Source: an uncultured Bacteroides sp. (GTDB lineage: Bacteria; Bacteroidota; Bacteroidia; Bacteroidales; GCA-2748055). From it: a DNA stretch of 64,000 nt. The notes under the pieces are model-generated. The model had not been told where the DNA came from and searched no databases. It worked only from the letters and a program-made list of their open reading frames with translations. The first letter of the stretch is position 1. Each line of letters starts with the position of its first letter. Shown here in pieces: positions 38,882 through 49,512 of this stretch. The DNA is taken from positions 18,931 through 82,930 of the forward strand of contig CAZNSZ010000007.1 of the NCBI GenBank assembly GCA_964575865.1, in the 5' to 3' direction. Both the position numbers and the translations under genes were made by a program.

Positions 38882-41800
38882 TTAGAATCCAAGGTTTACG
38901 CCTACTACGAACTGCTTGGGCGCAGGCAAACTTCCCTGGTCCACACCGAATACTGTCTCGTTGGGCTGGAACAGCTCGGGGTCGAGACCGGAGTACTTGG
39001 TAATGGTGAACAGGTTGGTGCCCTGTACGTAGATCCTCAGATTATCGAATACATTGCCTACCCGTCCGAAGTTGTAACCGATCTGCAGGTTCTTCAGCCG
39101 GAAGAATGAGCCGTCCTCGATGTAATAGCCGCTGAACTCCTGGTTGGTGGAGAAGTTGGCGTTATTGGAGGCCTTGGGTACCCTGGCGTCTGTATTTTCA
39201 GGCGTCCAGCTGTCGTACAGCAGATCCGTACTGCGCTGTCCCTGGAAGGACTGCCAGAAATCGAGCCACCAGAGGTTCTGGTTCAGGATATCGTTCCCCT
39301 GGGAACCATAGAAGAAGGCGGTCAGATCGAATCCCTTATACCCCAGCACCAGGTTCAGGCTGTAGGTGAAGTCGGGATTGGGATCGCCGATATGGATCCG
39401 GTCGTCCGGGGTGATCTCCCCGTCGCCGTCCACATCCCTGAACCGCATGAATCCGGGCTCCTGGTCTGCCTGAAGCGCCACACCGTCGTTGGCAGGAACA
39501 TAGATGGTGTTCCCGGACTCATCCGTGGTTTCGGTCAGGTCAGCCTCCTGGAACAGACCCATGTAGTCATACCCGAAGAATGAACCCACCGGGTAGCCCA
39601 CCTCGTTCCTGGAGGTGGATCCGATCCTGGCACCTCCCGACTGGGTGGCGTCGAAGTATTCGATCCCCTCGGCGATCTTGACGATCTCATTGTTATAGGT
39701 GGTGAGGGCAGCGGTGGCCTCGAAGCTGAAGTCGCTCCAGATCTGGCGGTAGATCAGCTGGAGGTCGATCCCGGTGTTCCTCATCTCACCCACGTTCACA
39801 TAGGGACGGGATGCATTTCCGGCTGTACCGGGCAGTTCCGGGTTGTAGAGCAGGTCCACGTTCTGTTTCATGTACCAGTCGAACACCACTTCGAACTTCC
39901 GGTTGAACAGTACGGCATCGAATCCCACGTTGGTGGAGATGTTGGTCTCCCATTTGGCATCCGGATTCCCGATCCTGGAGGGATGGAAGCCCAGTACCGA
40001 ACTGTTGAATGTACCGTTGATGTCATAGAATGAACGTCCGGGTGATCCGCTGAAGAGGTAGTACTGGTTGGCGGTGGACACCGGCAGCTGGTTCCCCATG
40101 GTTCCCCAGCCTCCCCTGATCTTCAGGTCGTTGATCACATCGGATCCGGCCAGGAAGGACTCCTCGCTGATCCTCCAGGCAGCCGAAACCGAGGGGAAGA
40201 TCCCGTAGCGGGTGTCGGGTCCGAAGACCGACGATCCGTCCCGGCGGACCGTTGCGCTCAGGTAGTACTTGCTGCGGAAGTTGTAATCAGCACGCAGGAA
40301 CTGTGAAACGATGGTCCTGGGCGTGTTGAACCACGAGGTACCCCCCTGGAGGCTCTCGGCGGTTCCGACGGTACGGAAAGCAAATGCGCTGGAGAAGTAT
40401 CCGGCGCCGGTGGCGTTCACCCCGCGTCCCAGGCCCAGTTTGTTGGCCTCGTAACCGGCCACTGCCAGCAGGCTGTGGTCACCCATCTGGCGGCTGAAGG
40501 TCAGGGTGTTGGTCCAGGTCCATTCCCCTCCGACAATCCCCTGCTCGGTGTAGGTGGGGGTTGCGGTGTTCTCGGCAGCCTCATAGGTGTCCGAGTTCCA
40601 GTTGGTCTGGTAGGAGTTGTTGATGGATCCGCCGAAAGAGGTCCTGAGGTTCAGTCCTTCGATAATCTTCAGGTCGGCGAAAACGTTTCCGAAGACCCTC
40701 ATATCCATCCATTTGTCCAGGGAGTTCCTGTTCTGGTTGGCCACATAGTTGCCGCCCTGGCCCAGCCTGGGCGCAATCCCGGTTCCACCCCAGTCCCCGT
40801 CTTCGAAGAAGTGGGTGAGACCCTGGTAGGGGCCGTTGTTCCAGATCACCGGAACAATAGCGGGCATGCGGTACACGGCGCCCATCACAGCGGTCTGCTC
40901 ACCCTGGTTGGCGATCCCGTTGTCCTGGCGGTTCACGATGTTGATGTTCTCCCCGATGGTCACCCTGTCCTTAATTTTGAACTCGGAGTTAAACCGTCCA
41001 CTGAACCGCTTGTACCAGCTTTCGATGACCGTACCCTTCTGGTCGAAATACCCCAGGCTGGCGTAGTAGTTGGCCGACTGGTTTCCGCCCGAGAGGGAGA
41101 GGTCATAGTTCTGGATCGGTCCGTTCTGTGTCACCTCGTCCCACCATTTGGTGTCTGCAGCCCAGAAGGGCAGGGTGGGTGAGGCATTGTTGGAATCCCC
41201 GTAGATGGGATGGACCTCGGAGGTGCCGTCATTATCGTAAACCAGCCACTGAATGTCGGCATACTCCTGTGTGTTGGCAACGTAGTCGATATCACCGCCC
41301 CTTGTCTGTGTTCCTGCGTAGGCGTTAAAATTGACCTTCATGCCGGAGGATCCTTTCTTGGTGGTGATCACGATCACCCCGTTGGAGGCGCGGGCACCGT
41401 ACATGGAGGCTGCACCGGCGTCCTTCAGGACGGACATCGATTCGACATCCTCCGGGTTAATGGTATTCACATCGGTGGTGGGAACCCCGTCCACAATGTA
41501 GAGCGGTTCGTTGTTCTGGAAGGAACCGAGCCCGCGGATCCGCACCTTGGCTGCCTGGCCCGGCCTGGCATCCTGCACCACGGTAACACCGGCAACCCTG
41601 CCCTGCATCTGCTGGGTGATGTTGCCCTGCGGCATCTGCACCAGCTGTTCTGAGTTCACGACCCCGACCGAACCGGTCAGGTCCTTCTTTTTCTGGGTGG
41701 CATAGGCGGTCACCACGATCTCATCCAGGGAGGTCACGTCAGGAGCCAGCACCACGTTGATGGTGTTCTGCGGCCCGACGGGAATCGCCTGGGTGGTGTA

Positions 41801-42046
41801 ACCCACGAATGAGAAAACTAGGACGGCATCCGGTCCCGGGACTACAATGCTGTAGTTCCCGTCCACATCGGTCACGGCACCCTGAACGGTGCCCTGGATC
41901 ACGATGTTCACCCCGGGTAGCGGTCCCTGCTCTTCGGAAGTTACTTGCCCTGTAACCGTTTTTTGCTGAGCGTAGGTAAGGCTAACCGCAAAGCAAAAGA
42001 GGAGAAGCGACATGAGGCCACTTTTCCACAAAGTAGATTTACGCAT
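38882..42046 (-). CDS. SusC/RagA TonB-dependent transporter
   Basis: GAVTDVDGNY, PLYIVDGVP, VLKDAGAASMYGARASNGVIVITTK, terminal VNLGF. Start moved to ATG 42046. Confidence 0.95.
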   Translation of the reverse strand: MRKSTLWKSGLMSLLLFCFAVSLTYAQQKTVTGQVTSEEQGPLPGVNIVIQGTVQGAVTDVDGNYSIVVPGPDAVLVFSFVGYTTQAIPVGPQNTINVVLAPDVTSLDEIVVTAYATQKKKDLTGSVGVVNSEQLVQMPQGNITQQMQGRVAGVTVVQDARPGQAAKVRIRGLGSFQNNEPLYIVDGVPTTDVNTINPEDVESMSVLKDAGAASMYGARASNGVIVITTKKGSSGMKVNFNAYAGTQTRGGDIDYVANTQEYADIQWLVYDNDGTSEVHPIYGDSNNASPTLPFWAADTKWWDEVTQNGPIQNYDLSLSGGNQSANYYASLGYFDQKGTVIESWYKRFSGRFNSEFKIKDRVTIGENINIVNRQDNGIANQGEQTAVMGAVYRMPAIVPVIWNNGPYQGLTHFFEDGDWGGTGIAPRLGQGGNYVANQNRNSLDKWMDMRVFGNVFADLKIIEGLNLRTSFGGSINNSYQTNWNSDTYEAAENTATPTYTEQGIVGGEWTWTNTLTFSRQMGDHSLLAVAGYEANKLGLGRGVNATGAGYFSSAFAFRTVGTAESLQGGTSWFNTPRTIVSQFLRADYNFRSKYYLSATVRRDGSSVFGPDTRYGIFPSVSAAWRISEESFLAGSDVINDLKIRGGWGTMGNQLPVSTANQYYLFSGSPGRSFYDINGTFNSSVLGFHPSRIGNPDAKWETNISTNVGFDAVLFNRKFEVVFDWYMKQNVDLLYNPELPGTAGNASRPYVNVGEMRNTGIDLQLIYRQIWSDFSFEATAALTTYNNEIVKIAEGIEYFDATQSGGARIGSTSRNEVGYPVGSFFGYDYMGLFQEADLTETTDESGNTIYVPANDGVALQADQEPGFMRFRDVDGDGEITPDDRIHIGDPNPDFTYSLNLVLGYKGFDLTAFFYGSQGNDILNQNLWWLDFWQSFQGQRSTDLLYDSWTPENTDARVPKASNNANFSTNQEFSGYYIEDGSFFRLKNLQIGYNFGRVGNVFDNLRIYVQGTNLFTITKYSGLDPELFQPNETVFGVDQGSLPAPKQFVVGVNLGF

Positions 42047-42327
42047 AACGAAGTAGTTTTGGGTTAGTAAAGAATACAAGTTGGTCTATTAGTCTGGTAT
42101 ATATTGATTTAAACCTTGTTGTAGTTAGTGCGGCACGTAGCAATACCATACAATTATAGTATTATTTTTGGCTTGGAAACCCTTTTAAACAGTGAATTTC
42201 GGGGGGATTGCCCAAATTTTTACAGAGTCTAAATAAACCCAGGAAGGGTCGAAGGAATAAAGACTGGCTAAAAACAGCTGACCTGCCGGTCGTTGACCTT
42301 GGATCAAAGATCGCCTGTGGCCAGGGA

Positions 42328-43518
42328 TCAACGGTCCCCGCTGAGGTTGCGGCGAATGGCATGTTCAAGGCCCCGGATCTCGGCCAGGCTCTTCATCCTT
42401 CCGTACAGGGAATAACCCGGGTAATGGTCAAGTCCGAAATCGCCCAGGATCCGCGCCCCGTGATCTGGACGGACCGGGATCCCAGTGTACCCGCGCACTT
42501 CTTTTTCCCGCCGGAGGTCCTCCCGCACCATGGTCTCCAGGATGGAATGGATGTCCACATCGCCTTCAAGCAGGTGGGTTTCGCTGAAGTTGCGCCCGGG
42601 ATCGCGTTTGACGTTCCTGAGATGCAGAAAATGGATGTGCCGGGCCAGCGAGGCGGCCATGGCCGGCATGTCATTGGTGGTTGAGGCCCCGAACGAACCG
42701 CTGCAGAAGGTGATCCCGTTGGCGGGGGAATCCACCGCACGGACAATGTACAGGGCATCCTCAAGGGTGCTCACGGCCCTGGGCAGTCCCAGCAGGGGCC
42801 AGGGGGGATCGTCGGGATGGATGGCCAGAAAGATGCCCGATTCCCCGGCAACGGGAACCACTTCCTGCAGGAAGCCGGTCAGGTGATCCTGAAAGGCAGC
42901 TTTGTCCATCCCTTTGTAGGCTTCGATCCGTTTCAGCACCTCCCGGGGGGTGAAAGCCTCTCCGGAACCGGGGAACCCCAGCAGGAAAGTTTTCAGCAGA
43001 TCTTCCTTTTCTTTTCGACCGGTCCGGTCATATAGGAGAGCGGCTTTGCGCACCACTTCTTCGGTATAATCCGATGCAGCTCCCGGTCGCTGCAGCAGGT
43101 ACATGTCGATCAGGGCAAAATGGACCAGGGTGAACGAGGAGAGTTCCGATCCGTCTGGCTGCCTGCTGTTCAGCCTGGTCCTGGACCAGTCCAGGGCCGG
43201 CATGAAATTGTAGCAGACCGTATGCACCCCCTCTTCTCCCAGGTGCTTCAGTGTCTGTTTGAAATTTTCAATGTGGAAGCGGAAATCGCCCGATCTTGTC
43301 TTTATGGATTCGTGCACCGGAACGCTTTCCACCACCCCCCAGCGCAATCCCGCTTTTTCGATGACTGCCTTCCGCTCCCTGATGGCTTCCCGCTCCCAGC
43401 ACGCACCCACAGGGATCTGGTGGAGGGCGGAGACCACGCTGACGGCCCCTGTCTGGACCACCTGGTCCAGGGTGACCGGATCACCCGGTCCGAACCATCG
43501 CCAGGAGGGGATCAGCAT
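42328..43518 (-). CDS. uxuA: Mannonate dehydratase
   Basis: WRWFGPGDPV, VCYNFMP, AIHPDDPP, HFLHLRN, RPDHG, YGRMKSLAEIRGL. Confidence 0.95.
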   Translation of the reverse strand: MLIPSWRWFGPGDPVTLDQVVQTGAVSVVSALHQIPVGACWEREAIRERKAVIEKAGLRWGVVESVPVHESIKTRSGDFRFHIENFKQTLKHLGEEGVHTVCYNFMPALDWSRTRLNSRQPDGSELSSFTLVHFALIDMYLLQRPGAASDYTEEVVRKAALLYDRTGRKEKEDLLKTFLLGFPGSGEAFTPREVLKRIEAYKGMDKAAFQDHLTGFLQEVVPVAGESGIFLAIHPDDPPWPLLGLPRAVSTLEDALYIVRAVDSPANGITFCSGSFGASTTNDMPAMAASLARHIHFLHLRNVKRDPGRNFSETHLLEGDVDIHSILETMVREDLRREKEVRGYTGIPVRPDHGARILGDFGLDHYPGYSLYGRMKSLAEIRGLEHAIRRNLSGDR

Positions 43519-43580
43519 GGGAGCGGGGATGGAAAGGAATGGAACATCGGTCTCACTTTCATTGATCTGTTCTTATTGGA

Positions 43581-44405
43581 TCACACCCCGCTGTGGAAGC
43601 TGAATCCGCCGTCCACCGGCAGGATCACCCCGGTCACGAAAGAGGCCGCATCGCCGGCAAGGAACAGCACGGCACCGATCAGCTCGTCGGCTTTCCCGAA
43701 CCTCCCCATGGGGGTTTTCCCGATCACCAGTCCGCCCCGTTCCGTAGGCGTGCCGTCCGGATTGGTCAGCAGTGCCCGGTTCTGATCCCCGATGAAGAAC
43801 CCCGGTGCAATGGCATTGACACGGATGCGGGGACTGTGTTTCATGGCCATCTCCATGGCCATCCACTGGGTGAAGTTGGAAACGGCCGCTTTGGCAGCGG
43901 AATACCCGACCACCCTGGTGATGGTCCGCATGGCAGCCATGGAGGAAATATTGATGATGGAACCGCTTTTTTGCCCGGCCATGATCCTGCCCACCTCCAG
44001 GGTGGGGAGCAGGGTACTCTTATAATTGAGGTCCGACACCCTGTCGAAATCAGCCAGGTTGAGATCGAAAATGGTCCGGTCGGGTGCAATGGTGGCCCCC
44101 GGGATATTCCCTCCGGCCGCATTGATCAGGATGTCGATCCTGGCATGTTCGTCCAGGATCTTTGCGCAGGTCCTGCGGATGCTTTCCATGTCCAGGGCAT
44201 CCATGTGCACCCCGTAAGCCGAGCAGCTTTTTCCGATGATGGTTTCCGCATTGGCCACCGCCTTTTCCAGGTTGATGTCTGCCAGGATGATCTTCACCCC
44301 CGCCTGTGCCAGCCCGCAGCCGATGGCGCCGGCCAGCACGCCCCCGCCGCCGGTGATCAGCGCGGTTTTTCCCTCCAGGTTGTATAATTTATCAATGTAT
44401 CCCAT
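43581..44405 (-). CDS. uxuB: SDR family D-mannonate oxidoreductase-like protein
   Basis: TGGGGVL, INAAGGN, YSAAKAA, NAIAPGFF, PVDGGFS; directly upstream of uxuA. Confidence 0.82.
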   Translation of the reverse strand: MGYIDKLYNLEGKTALITGGGGVLAGAIGCGLAQAGVKIILADINLEKAVANAETIIGKSCSAYGVHMDALDMESIRRTCAKILDEHARIDILINAAGGNIPGATIAPDRTIFDLNLADFDRVSDLNYKSTLLPTLEVGRIMAGQKSGSIINISSMAAMRTITRVVGYSAAKAAVSNFTQWMAMEMAMKHSPRIRVNAIAPGFFIGDQNRALLTNPDGTPTERGGLVIGKTPMGRFGKADELIGAVLFLAGDAASFVTGVILPVDGGFSFHSGV

Positions 44406-44483
44406 GATTTCTCTGAGCTTGTTGCATGGTCGGGATTTGACTGAATGATAAACAAAACAATGGCCTTCCTGTTCGGGCGGAGC

Positions 44484-44523
44484 AAAAAAAACTGCCTTCC
44501 GGCGGGCGGTTCCGGAAGGCAGT
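44484..44523 (-). terminator. Intrinsic terminator of the second susC/susD operon
   Basis: Perfect 12-bp stem ACTGCCTTCCGG/CCGGAAGGCAGT with 9-nt loop, followed by a T-tract on the minus strand. Confidence 0.88.
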
Positions 44524-44545
44524 CCTTCACTAACCTAAAACCATC

Positions 44546-46291
44546 CTAATAACCAGGATTTTGCCCATATTCGTTGGTGGTCCTTGTGATCTGGTTGACA
44601 GGGATGGGGCGCAGGGCATGGAAATCCTTGATGTTCTGCGCGTCCGGATTGTGCAGTTTCACCCGCTCTATGAGTTTCCCGGTCCGCTTGAGATCCAGCC
44701 AGCGCTGCTGTTCCCCGAAGGTCTCCCTGGACCATTCGTCCAGTATGAAATCCAGGTCCACCTCCCCGGCGGGCACTTCCATCTGTGACTCCATGCCCGG
44801 CCAGGCTGCCCGCCTGCGGATCGCATTGATATATTCCACCGCATTGCTCCCGTTTCCGTCCCTTCCCAGCATGGCCTCGGCTGCGACCAGGTAGGTCTCG
44901 CCCAGCCTGTAGACCGGGAAATCCCTTGACCCCCTGGTCTCGTTCAGCGAGGGCCTCAGGTTGTCCTCCCACTTCCAGGGAACCGGGAAGATGTTGATGT
45001 TCGGATTGTTGGCCGAGACGTCGGTCTTCCAGAGGCACCAGTCCTGGTCGATCTCATCCAGGTTCCAGGTGAAAAGCTGCACCCCGGGAAGGCGGGCCCT
45101 GATGGCCGCCGTATCGAACTCGGCAGCCGTTTTATCGGTGATCCATATGGCCGTGTCGCCCACAGCCGCCCCTTCCGGGATGTTCCGGTCGGTGTTGTAA
45201 AGCCATACGATCTGGAACGATTTCTCGAACCGGGAATCCACATCCAGCGGCCTGAAGCTTTCCAGCAGCCAGGGGGTGGGCCTGAACCGGATCCAGGGGC
45301 GGCCGTACCCGTGCCCCAGGGCGCGGTCCAGGCCGTTGCTGTAGACCTCGTACCACGCCCTGAAGTAGAGGTGGTTCCTGTTCCCCTCATCGTTCAGCAG
45401 CATGTCCTGGTCATACTGGATCGACCAGAGGATCTCGTTGTTCTGTTCCGATTCGGTGGTATGCACGAGTCCCCCGGCACCGTCATCCGAATTGTAGATC
45501 CGCTGGTAATCCGCCAGCAGCTCGTGCCCGGAATTCTGGATCACGTCCACGGCCAGGTCGGCGGCTTCGCTGAAATCAGCCGTGCCGTTCCCAAATGACT
45601 GGTAGGCGCGGGTCAGATACACAAGGGCCAGTCCGTGCTGCGCCGCCGGCCTGGTGATCCGTCCGAATTCCGACTGGCGGTCGGGAAGCACCGCGATGGC
45701 ATCCTCCAGGTCCTGGATGATCGCATTATAGATCTCGGCTTCCGAATCCCTGCGGGCCTCGGTCTCCACACCCACGGTCTCCTCCAGGGTCAGGTGCACC
45801 GGTCCCCAGAACTGGACCAGCAGGAAGTAGTAATGGGCGCGCAGGAATTTCACCTCTCCCACCAGCCGTGCTTTCTCATCCTCGGGGATATCGGCATCAG
45901 GTGCCCTGCCGATCACGGCATTGCAGGTGTTGATCCCCTCATAAAAGCGCTGCCACGGATCCCAGAAAGTGGCCGATTCTCCGTTGAGTCCTGCGATATA
46001 CTTGTTGATATAGTGGGCACCCCCGTGCCCGCCGTTGGTGTACTCATCGGTACCGAACACGGTGATCTCGCATCCGTCCTCGTCACCGTAAAAGTCCCGG
46101 AACCGTTCGTAAGCTGCGTTGACTGCATCCCTGAATCCGTCAGGTGTGTTGTAGTGGGTATCCACTGTGACCCCGGAAATGATCTCCTCCTCCAGGACGT
46201 CACACGAGACACCGGTGATCAGGGTTGCGGCAACTGCGATAAACAGATATTTGATTGTTTTCATAGCTCTCATGTTTTTATCCGTTACCAA
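44546..46291 (-). CDS. SusD/RagB family lipoprotein
   Basis: VSC lipobox; FLRAHYYFLLVQFWG, YRLGETYLVAAEA, EQQRWLDLKRTG. Confidence 0.93.
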   Translation of the reverse strand: MVTDKNMRAMKTIKYLFIAVAATLITGVSCDVLEEEIISGVTVDTHYNTPDGFRDAVNAAYERFRDFYGDEDGCEITVFGTDEYTNGGHGGAHYINKYIAGLNGESATFWDPWQRFYEGINTCNAVIGRAPDADIPEDEKARLVGEVKFLRAHYYFLLVQFWGPVHLTLEETVGVETEARRDSEAEIYNAIIQDLEDAIAVLPDRQSEFGRITRPAAQHGLALVYLTRAYQSFGNGTADFSEAADLAVDVIQNSGHELLADYQRIYNSDDGAGGLVHTTESEQNNEILWSIQYDQDMLLNDEGNRNHLYFRAWYEVYSNGLDRALGHGYGRPWIRFRPTPWLLESFRPLDVDSRFEKSFQIVWLYNTDRNIPEGAAVGDTAIWITDKTAAEFDTAAIRARLPGVQLFTWNLDEIDQDWCLWKTDVSANNPNINIFPVPWKWEDNLRPSLNETRGSRDFPVYRLGETYLVAAEAMLGRDGNGSNAVEYINAIRRRAAWPGMESQMEVPAGEVDLDFILDEWSRETFGEQQRWLDLKRTGKLIERVKLHNPDAQNIKDFHALRPIPVNQITRTTNEYGQNPGY

Positions 46292-49228
46292 TTAAAAATC
46301 AACCATTAACCCGAAGGAATACATGCGGGTCGCCGGAACATCCGCCGTGATCTCACCCCCGTACTTTTCGGGATCAAGTCCCTTTTCCAGGTGTGACCAG
46401 ATGAAGAAGGTGTCCAGGTTGAGGTAGACCCTCAGCTTCTTCATCCCGGCCTTGGAAACCATTCCGGTCGGGAAGTTGTAACCCAGCTGGATGTTCTTGA
46501 TCTTGAAGAAATCCCCCGCGTAATATCCCCTGGTGGAGCTGTAGAGCGGGTACTCCCTCGAACCGTCGGGTTTGGGATGCACATTGGTTGGATTGGTCTC
46601 GGTCCAGTAATCCACATTCAGGTTGTTGTAGCGGCCCTGAAGGGTGGTCCTGGATACCAGGTAGTTGTTGTAGACGGTATGGCCGAAGACGCCCAGCAGC
46701 ATAAAGGAGAAGTCGATCCCCTTGTATTCGAACCGCTGGCCGAGCCCCAGGGTGATGGAGGGCATGTCCGATCCCAGGATCACCTGGTCTTCCTGGTTGA
46801 TCAAACCGTCATCGTTCTGGTCCATGACGTGGATCTCGCCCGGGTACTGGGAGTAAATGGCCGCATCGTCCTCCTCGCCCAGCTGCCAGACGCCCACTTT
46901 CTCGTAATCGTACCAGACGGTGAGCGGCTCCCCGATGAACCATTCGTTCCCCACGTCATCCTCCTCGGTCCCGTACAGGTCGAGGATCTCCTCCTTGTTT
47001 CCGAACAGGTTCAGGTTGGTTTCCCAGCTGAAATCGCCGCTGGCGAAGTTCATGAAGGTCACCCCCAGTTCCCATCCCCGGTTCCTGGTCTCGCCGATGT
47101 TCTCGAACACCGAGCTGAATCCGGAGGTGATGGGAAGCTGCCTTTCCAGCAGCAGGTCGGTGGTGTGGGTCTGGTATACCTCGAAACTACCGAAGATCCG
47201 GCCTTCCAGCAATCCGAAATCGAGACCGATATTGGCGGTGGCAGATGATTCCCAGCGGAGTTCCGGGTTGGCCAGGCTTTCCGGCCTGAATCCGAGCCCG
47301 GAGAGGCCTCCGAAGGAGTAGTAGGACCTGGCCAGGGCACCCCTGGTCTGGTAGGGATCGATCCCCGTGTTCCCTGTCACCCCGTAGCTCACCCTCAGGC
47401 GAAGGTCCGAGAAGAGATCCTGTCCCTGCATGAAATCCTCGCTGCTGATGCGCCACATGGCTGCGGCCGAAGGGAAGAACCCCCATTTGTTGCCTTCCGC
47501 CAGCCGGGACGACCCGTCCCACCGGCCCGTCAGCGTGAGCATATATTTGCCGAGCAGCTCATAGTTCACCCGCCCCATGATCGACATGATGCCCCATTCA
47601 CTGAGGTAGCTGCCCATGTCGTTGACCGTTTCGGCCGTTCCCAGGTTATGGTACAACTGCGATTCATAGGGAATGTCCTCCACCTCTATGTGGGTGAGTT
47701 CGCTGTTGGATTCCTGGATACTGTACAACCCGGTGAAATTGAGGTTGTGGTCCCCGGTCTCCAGGGTGTAGGTCAGGATGTTCTCAAAGGTATATTCAAA
47801 GACCCTTTCATGCTCTTTGCGTACCAGGGCATTGCCTCCCTGCCGGGCGCCCGAATTGGATCCCTGGAACAGTCCCCTCCTGTACGTGGTCAGGCTGGGC
47901 CCGTAGTTCATCCGGTAGCTCAGGTTGTCCAGGATGTCGATCTCGGCGAAAATATTGCTGAACACCCTGAACGCTTCCCGCTCATCGGCATAGACCCCCT
48001 CCTCGTAATCGGCCAGCGGATTCCACAACAATGGATCAGCCCCGGGCCTGAAGATCAGGTTCCCGTCCGCATCGTAGGGTTCGGCCAGCGGGGAGATGTT
48101 CACCGCTCCACCGTATGCATTCCCGCCCACGTTCCGGAGTCCGCTCAGTACCTGCGTGGAGGTTCCCACCTTGATCCGCTTGGTGGCCTGGTGGTCCAGG
48201 TTGACCCGGAATGTTTTCCTGGTGTAGTCCTGTGTTTCAATGACCCCCCCTTCCTTGAAATAGTTGGCGGAGATGGCGAAGCCCGTGGTGGAGTTCCCGC
48301 CCCGGACCGCCAGCTGGTTGTTGGTCTGGAATCCGTTGCCGAGGACAAGGTCCACCCAGTCGGTGGAGACTCCCGCTGCATAGGCGTCCAGTTCATCCTG
48401 GGTAAATGCGCGTCCACCCACTTCCTTGAGCCGGTAATACTGCTCACCGTTCATGAGGTCGGGCACTGCCAGAACACTCGATATCCCGTAATGTCCCGAA
48501 TAGGAGATGGTGGTGGGCATGTTCCCGCCCCGGTTGGTGGTGATCAGGATCACCCCATTGGCGCCACGGGATCCGTAAATCGCCGTGGCCGAGGCGTCTT
48601 TCAGGACCTCCATGGACCGGATGTCCTTTGGATTCAGGCCAGTGATGGAACCGGTCCACGGTATCCCGTCTACGACGAACAGGGGGTCGTTGGTGGCGGT
48701 CAGGGATCTGCGCCCCCTGATCCGGATGGTCACATCGGTTCCGGGTGTGCTTCCGCCATCGGAGAGAGCCACTACCCCGGTGGCCCTGCCCTGCAGCGCC
48801 TGGCCTGCATTCATCACCGGCCTTTCCTGGATCTCATCGGAAGAAACCGAGGAGATGGCCCCCGTGATGCTTCCCCTTCGCTGCGTACCATATCCGACCA
48901 CCACCAGTTCGTCGAGCCCCACCGTAGAGGGAGCCAGTTGAACGTCGATGGTGGTCCGGTTGCCCACAGGGATCGCCTGGACTTCATAGCCCACGAAAGA
49001 AAACAGCAGAACGGCATCGGTTCCGGGAACCTGGATGCTGTATGCTCCGTCAGGATCTGTGATCGCTCCGGTGGTGGTTCCCTGGACCACGATGTTGACC
49101 CCCACAAGGGGTTCACCGGTAGTCTCATCGGAGACCGTTCCCGTGACCGTCCTTGCCTGTGCGAACAGGTTCAGACTGCATAAGGAACAGCATGCTCCGA
49201 AGAAAAAGAATAGCAGTGTTTTTTTCAT
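46292..49228 (-). CDS. SusC/RagA TonB-dependent transporter
   Basis: PLFVVDGIP, VLKDASATAIYGSRGANGVILITT, terminal LMVDF. Confidence 0.95.
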   Translation of the reverse strand: MKKTLLFFFFGACCSLCSLNLFAQARTVTGTVSDETTGEPLVGVNIVVQGTTTGAITDPDGAYSIQVPGTDAVLLFSFVGYEVQAIPVGNRTTIDVQLAPSTVGLDELVVVGYGTQRRGSITGAISSVSSDEIQERPVMNAGQALQGRATGVVALSDGGSTPGTDVTIRIRGRRSLTATNDPLFVVDGIPWTGSITGLNPKDIRSMEVLKDASATAIYGSRGANGVILITTNRGGNMPTTISYSGHYGISSVLAVPDLMNGEQYYRLKEVGGRAFTQDELDAYAAGVSTDWVDLVLGNGFQTNNQLAVRGGNSTTGFAISANYFKEGGVIETQDYTRKTFRVNLDHQATKRIKVGTSTQVLSGLRNVGGNAYGGAVNISPLAEPYDADGNLIFRPGADPLLWNPLADYEEGVYADEREAFRVFSNIFAEIDILDNLSYRMNYGPSLTTYRRGLFQGSNSGARQGGNALVRKEHERVFEYTFENILTYTLETGDHNLNFTGLYSIQESNSELTHIEVEDIPYESQLYHNLGTAETVNDMGSYLSEWGIMSIMGRVNYELLGKYMLTLTGRWDGSSRLAEGNKWGFFPSAAAMWRISSEDFMQGQDLFSDLRLRVSYGVTGNTGIDPYQTRGALARSYYSFGGLSGLGFRPESLANPELRWESSATANIGLDFGLLEGRIFGSFEVYQTHTTDLLLERQLPITSGFSSVFENIGETRNRGWELGVTFMNFASGDFSWETNLNLFGNKEEILDLYGTEEDDVGNEWFIGEPLTVWYDYEKVGVWQLGEEDDAAIYSQYPGEIHVMDQNDDGLINQEDQVILGSDMPSITLGLGQRFEYKGIDFSFMLLGVFGHTVYNNYLVSRTTLQGRYNNLNVDYWTETNPTNVHPKPDGSREYPLYSSTRGYYAGDFFKIKNIQLGYNFPTGMVSKAGMKKLRVYLNLDTFFIWSHLEKGLDPEKYGGEITADVPATRMYSFGLMVDF

Positions 49229-49378
49229 AGTAGTTAGTTAGGAGTTAGTAGTTAGAGGTTAGATATCAACTATAAATAAAAAAGGGCTTGTTTGACGGTG
49301 AGGGCTGCCGGGATCGGCAGCGGGGATTGCGCACAGGAAAAACTGGTTCGGGCATAACGGGTTGAATTGTCCGGACAT

Positions 49379-49392
49379 TGCAATCGGTTGCA
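49379..49392. promoter_or_regulatory. LacI-type operator TGCAATCGGTTGCA upstream of susC
   Basis: Near-palindrome with central CG, identical to 53165-53178; abuts a TAACTTTA -7-like box (49393-49400, minus strand). Confidence 0.8.
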
Positions 49393-49512
49393 TAAAGTTA
49401 TAAAAAAAATGCGATAACCTGGCTGCGTATTGCCGATTAATTTATGGTTGCAGCAATGAAACCCCTCCTGACGGACCCCATCGAGCGTGAAGGAGGGGCC
49501 GGTATGATCGGA

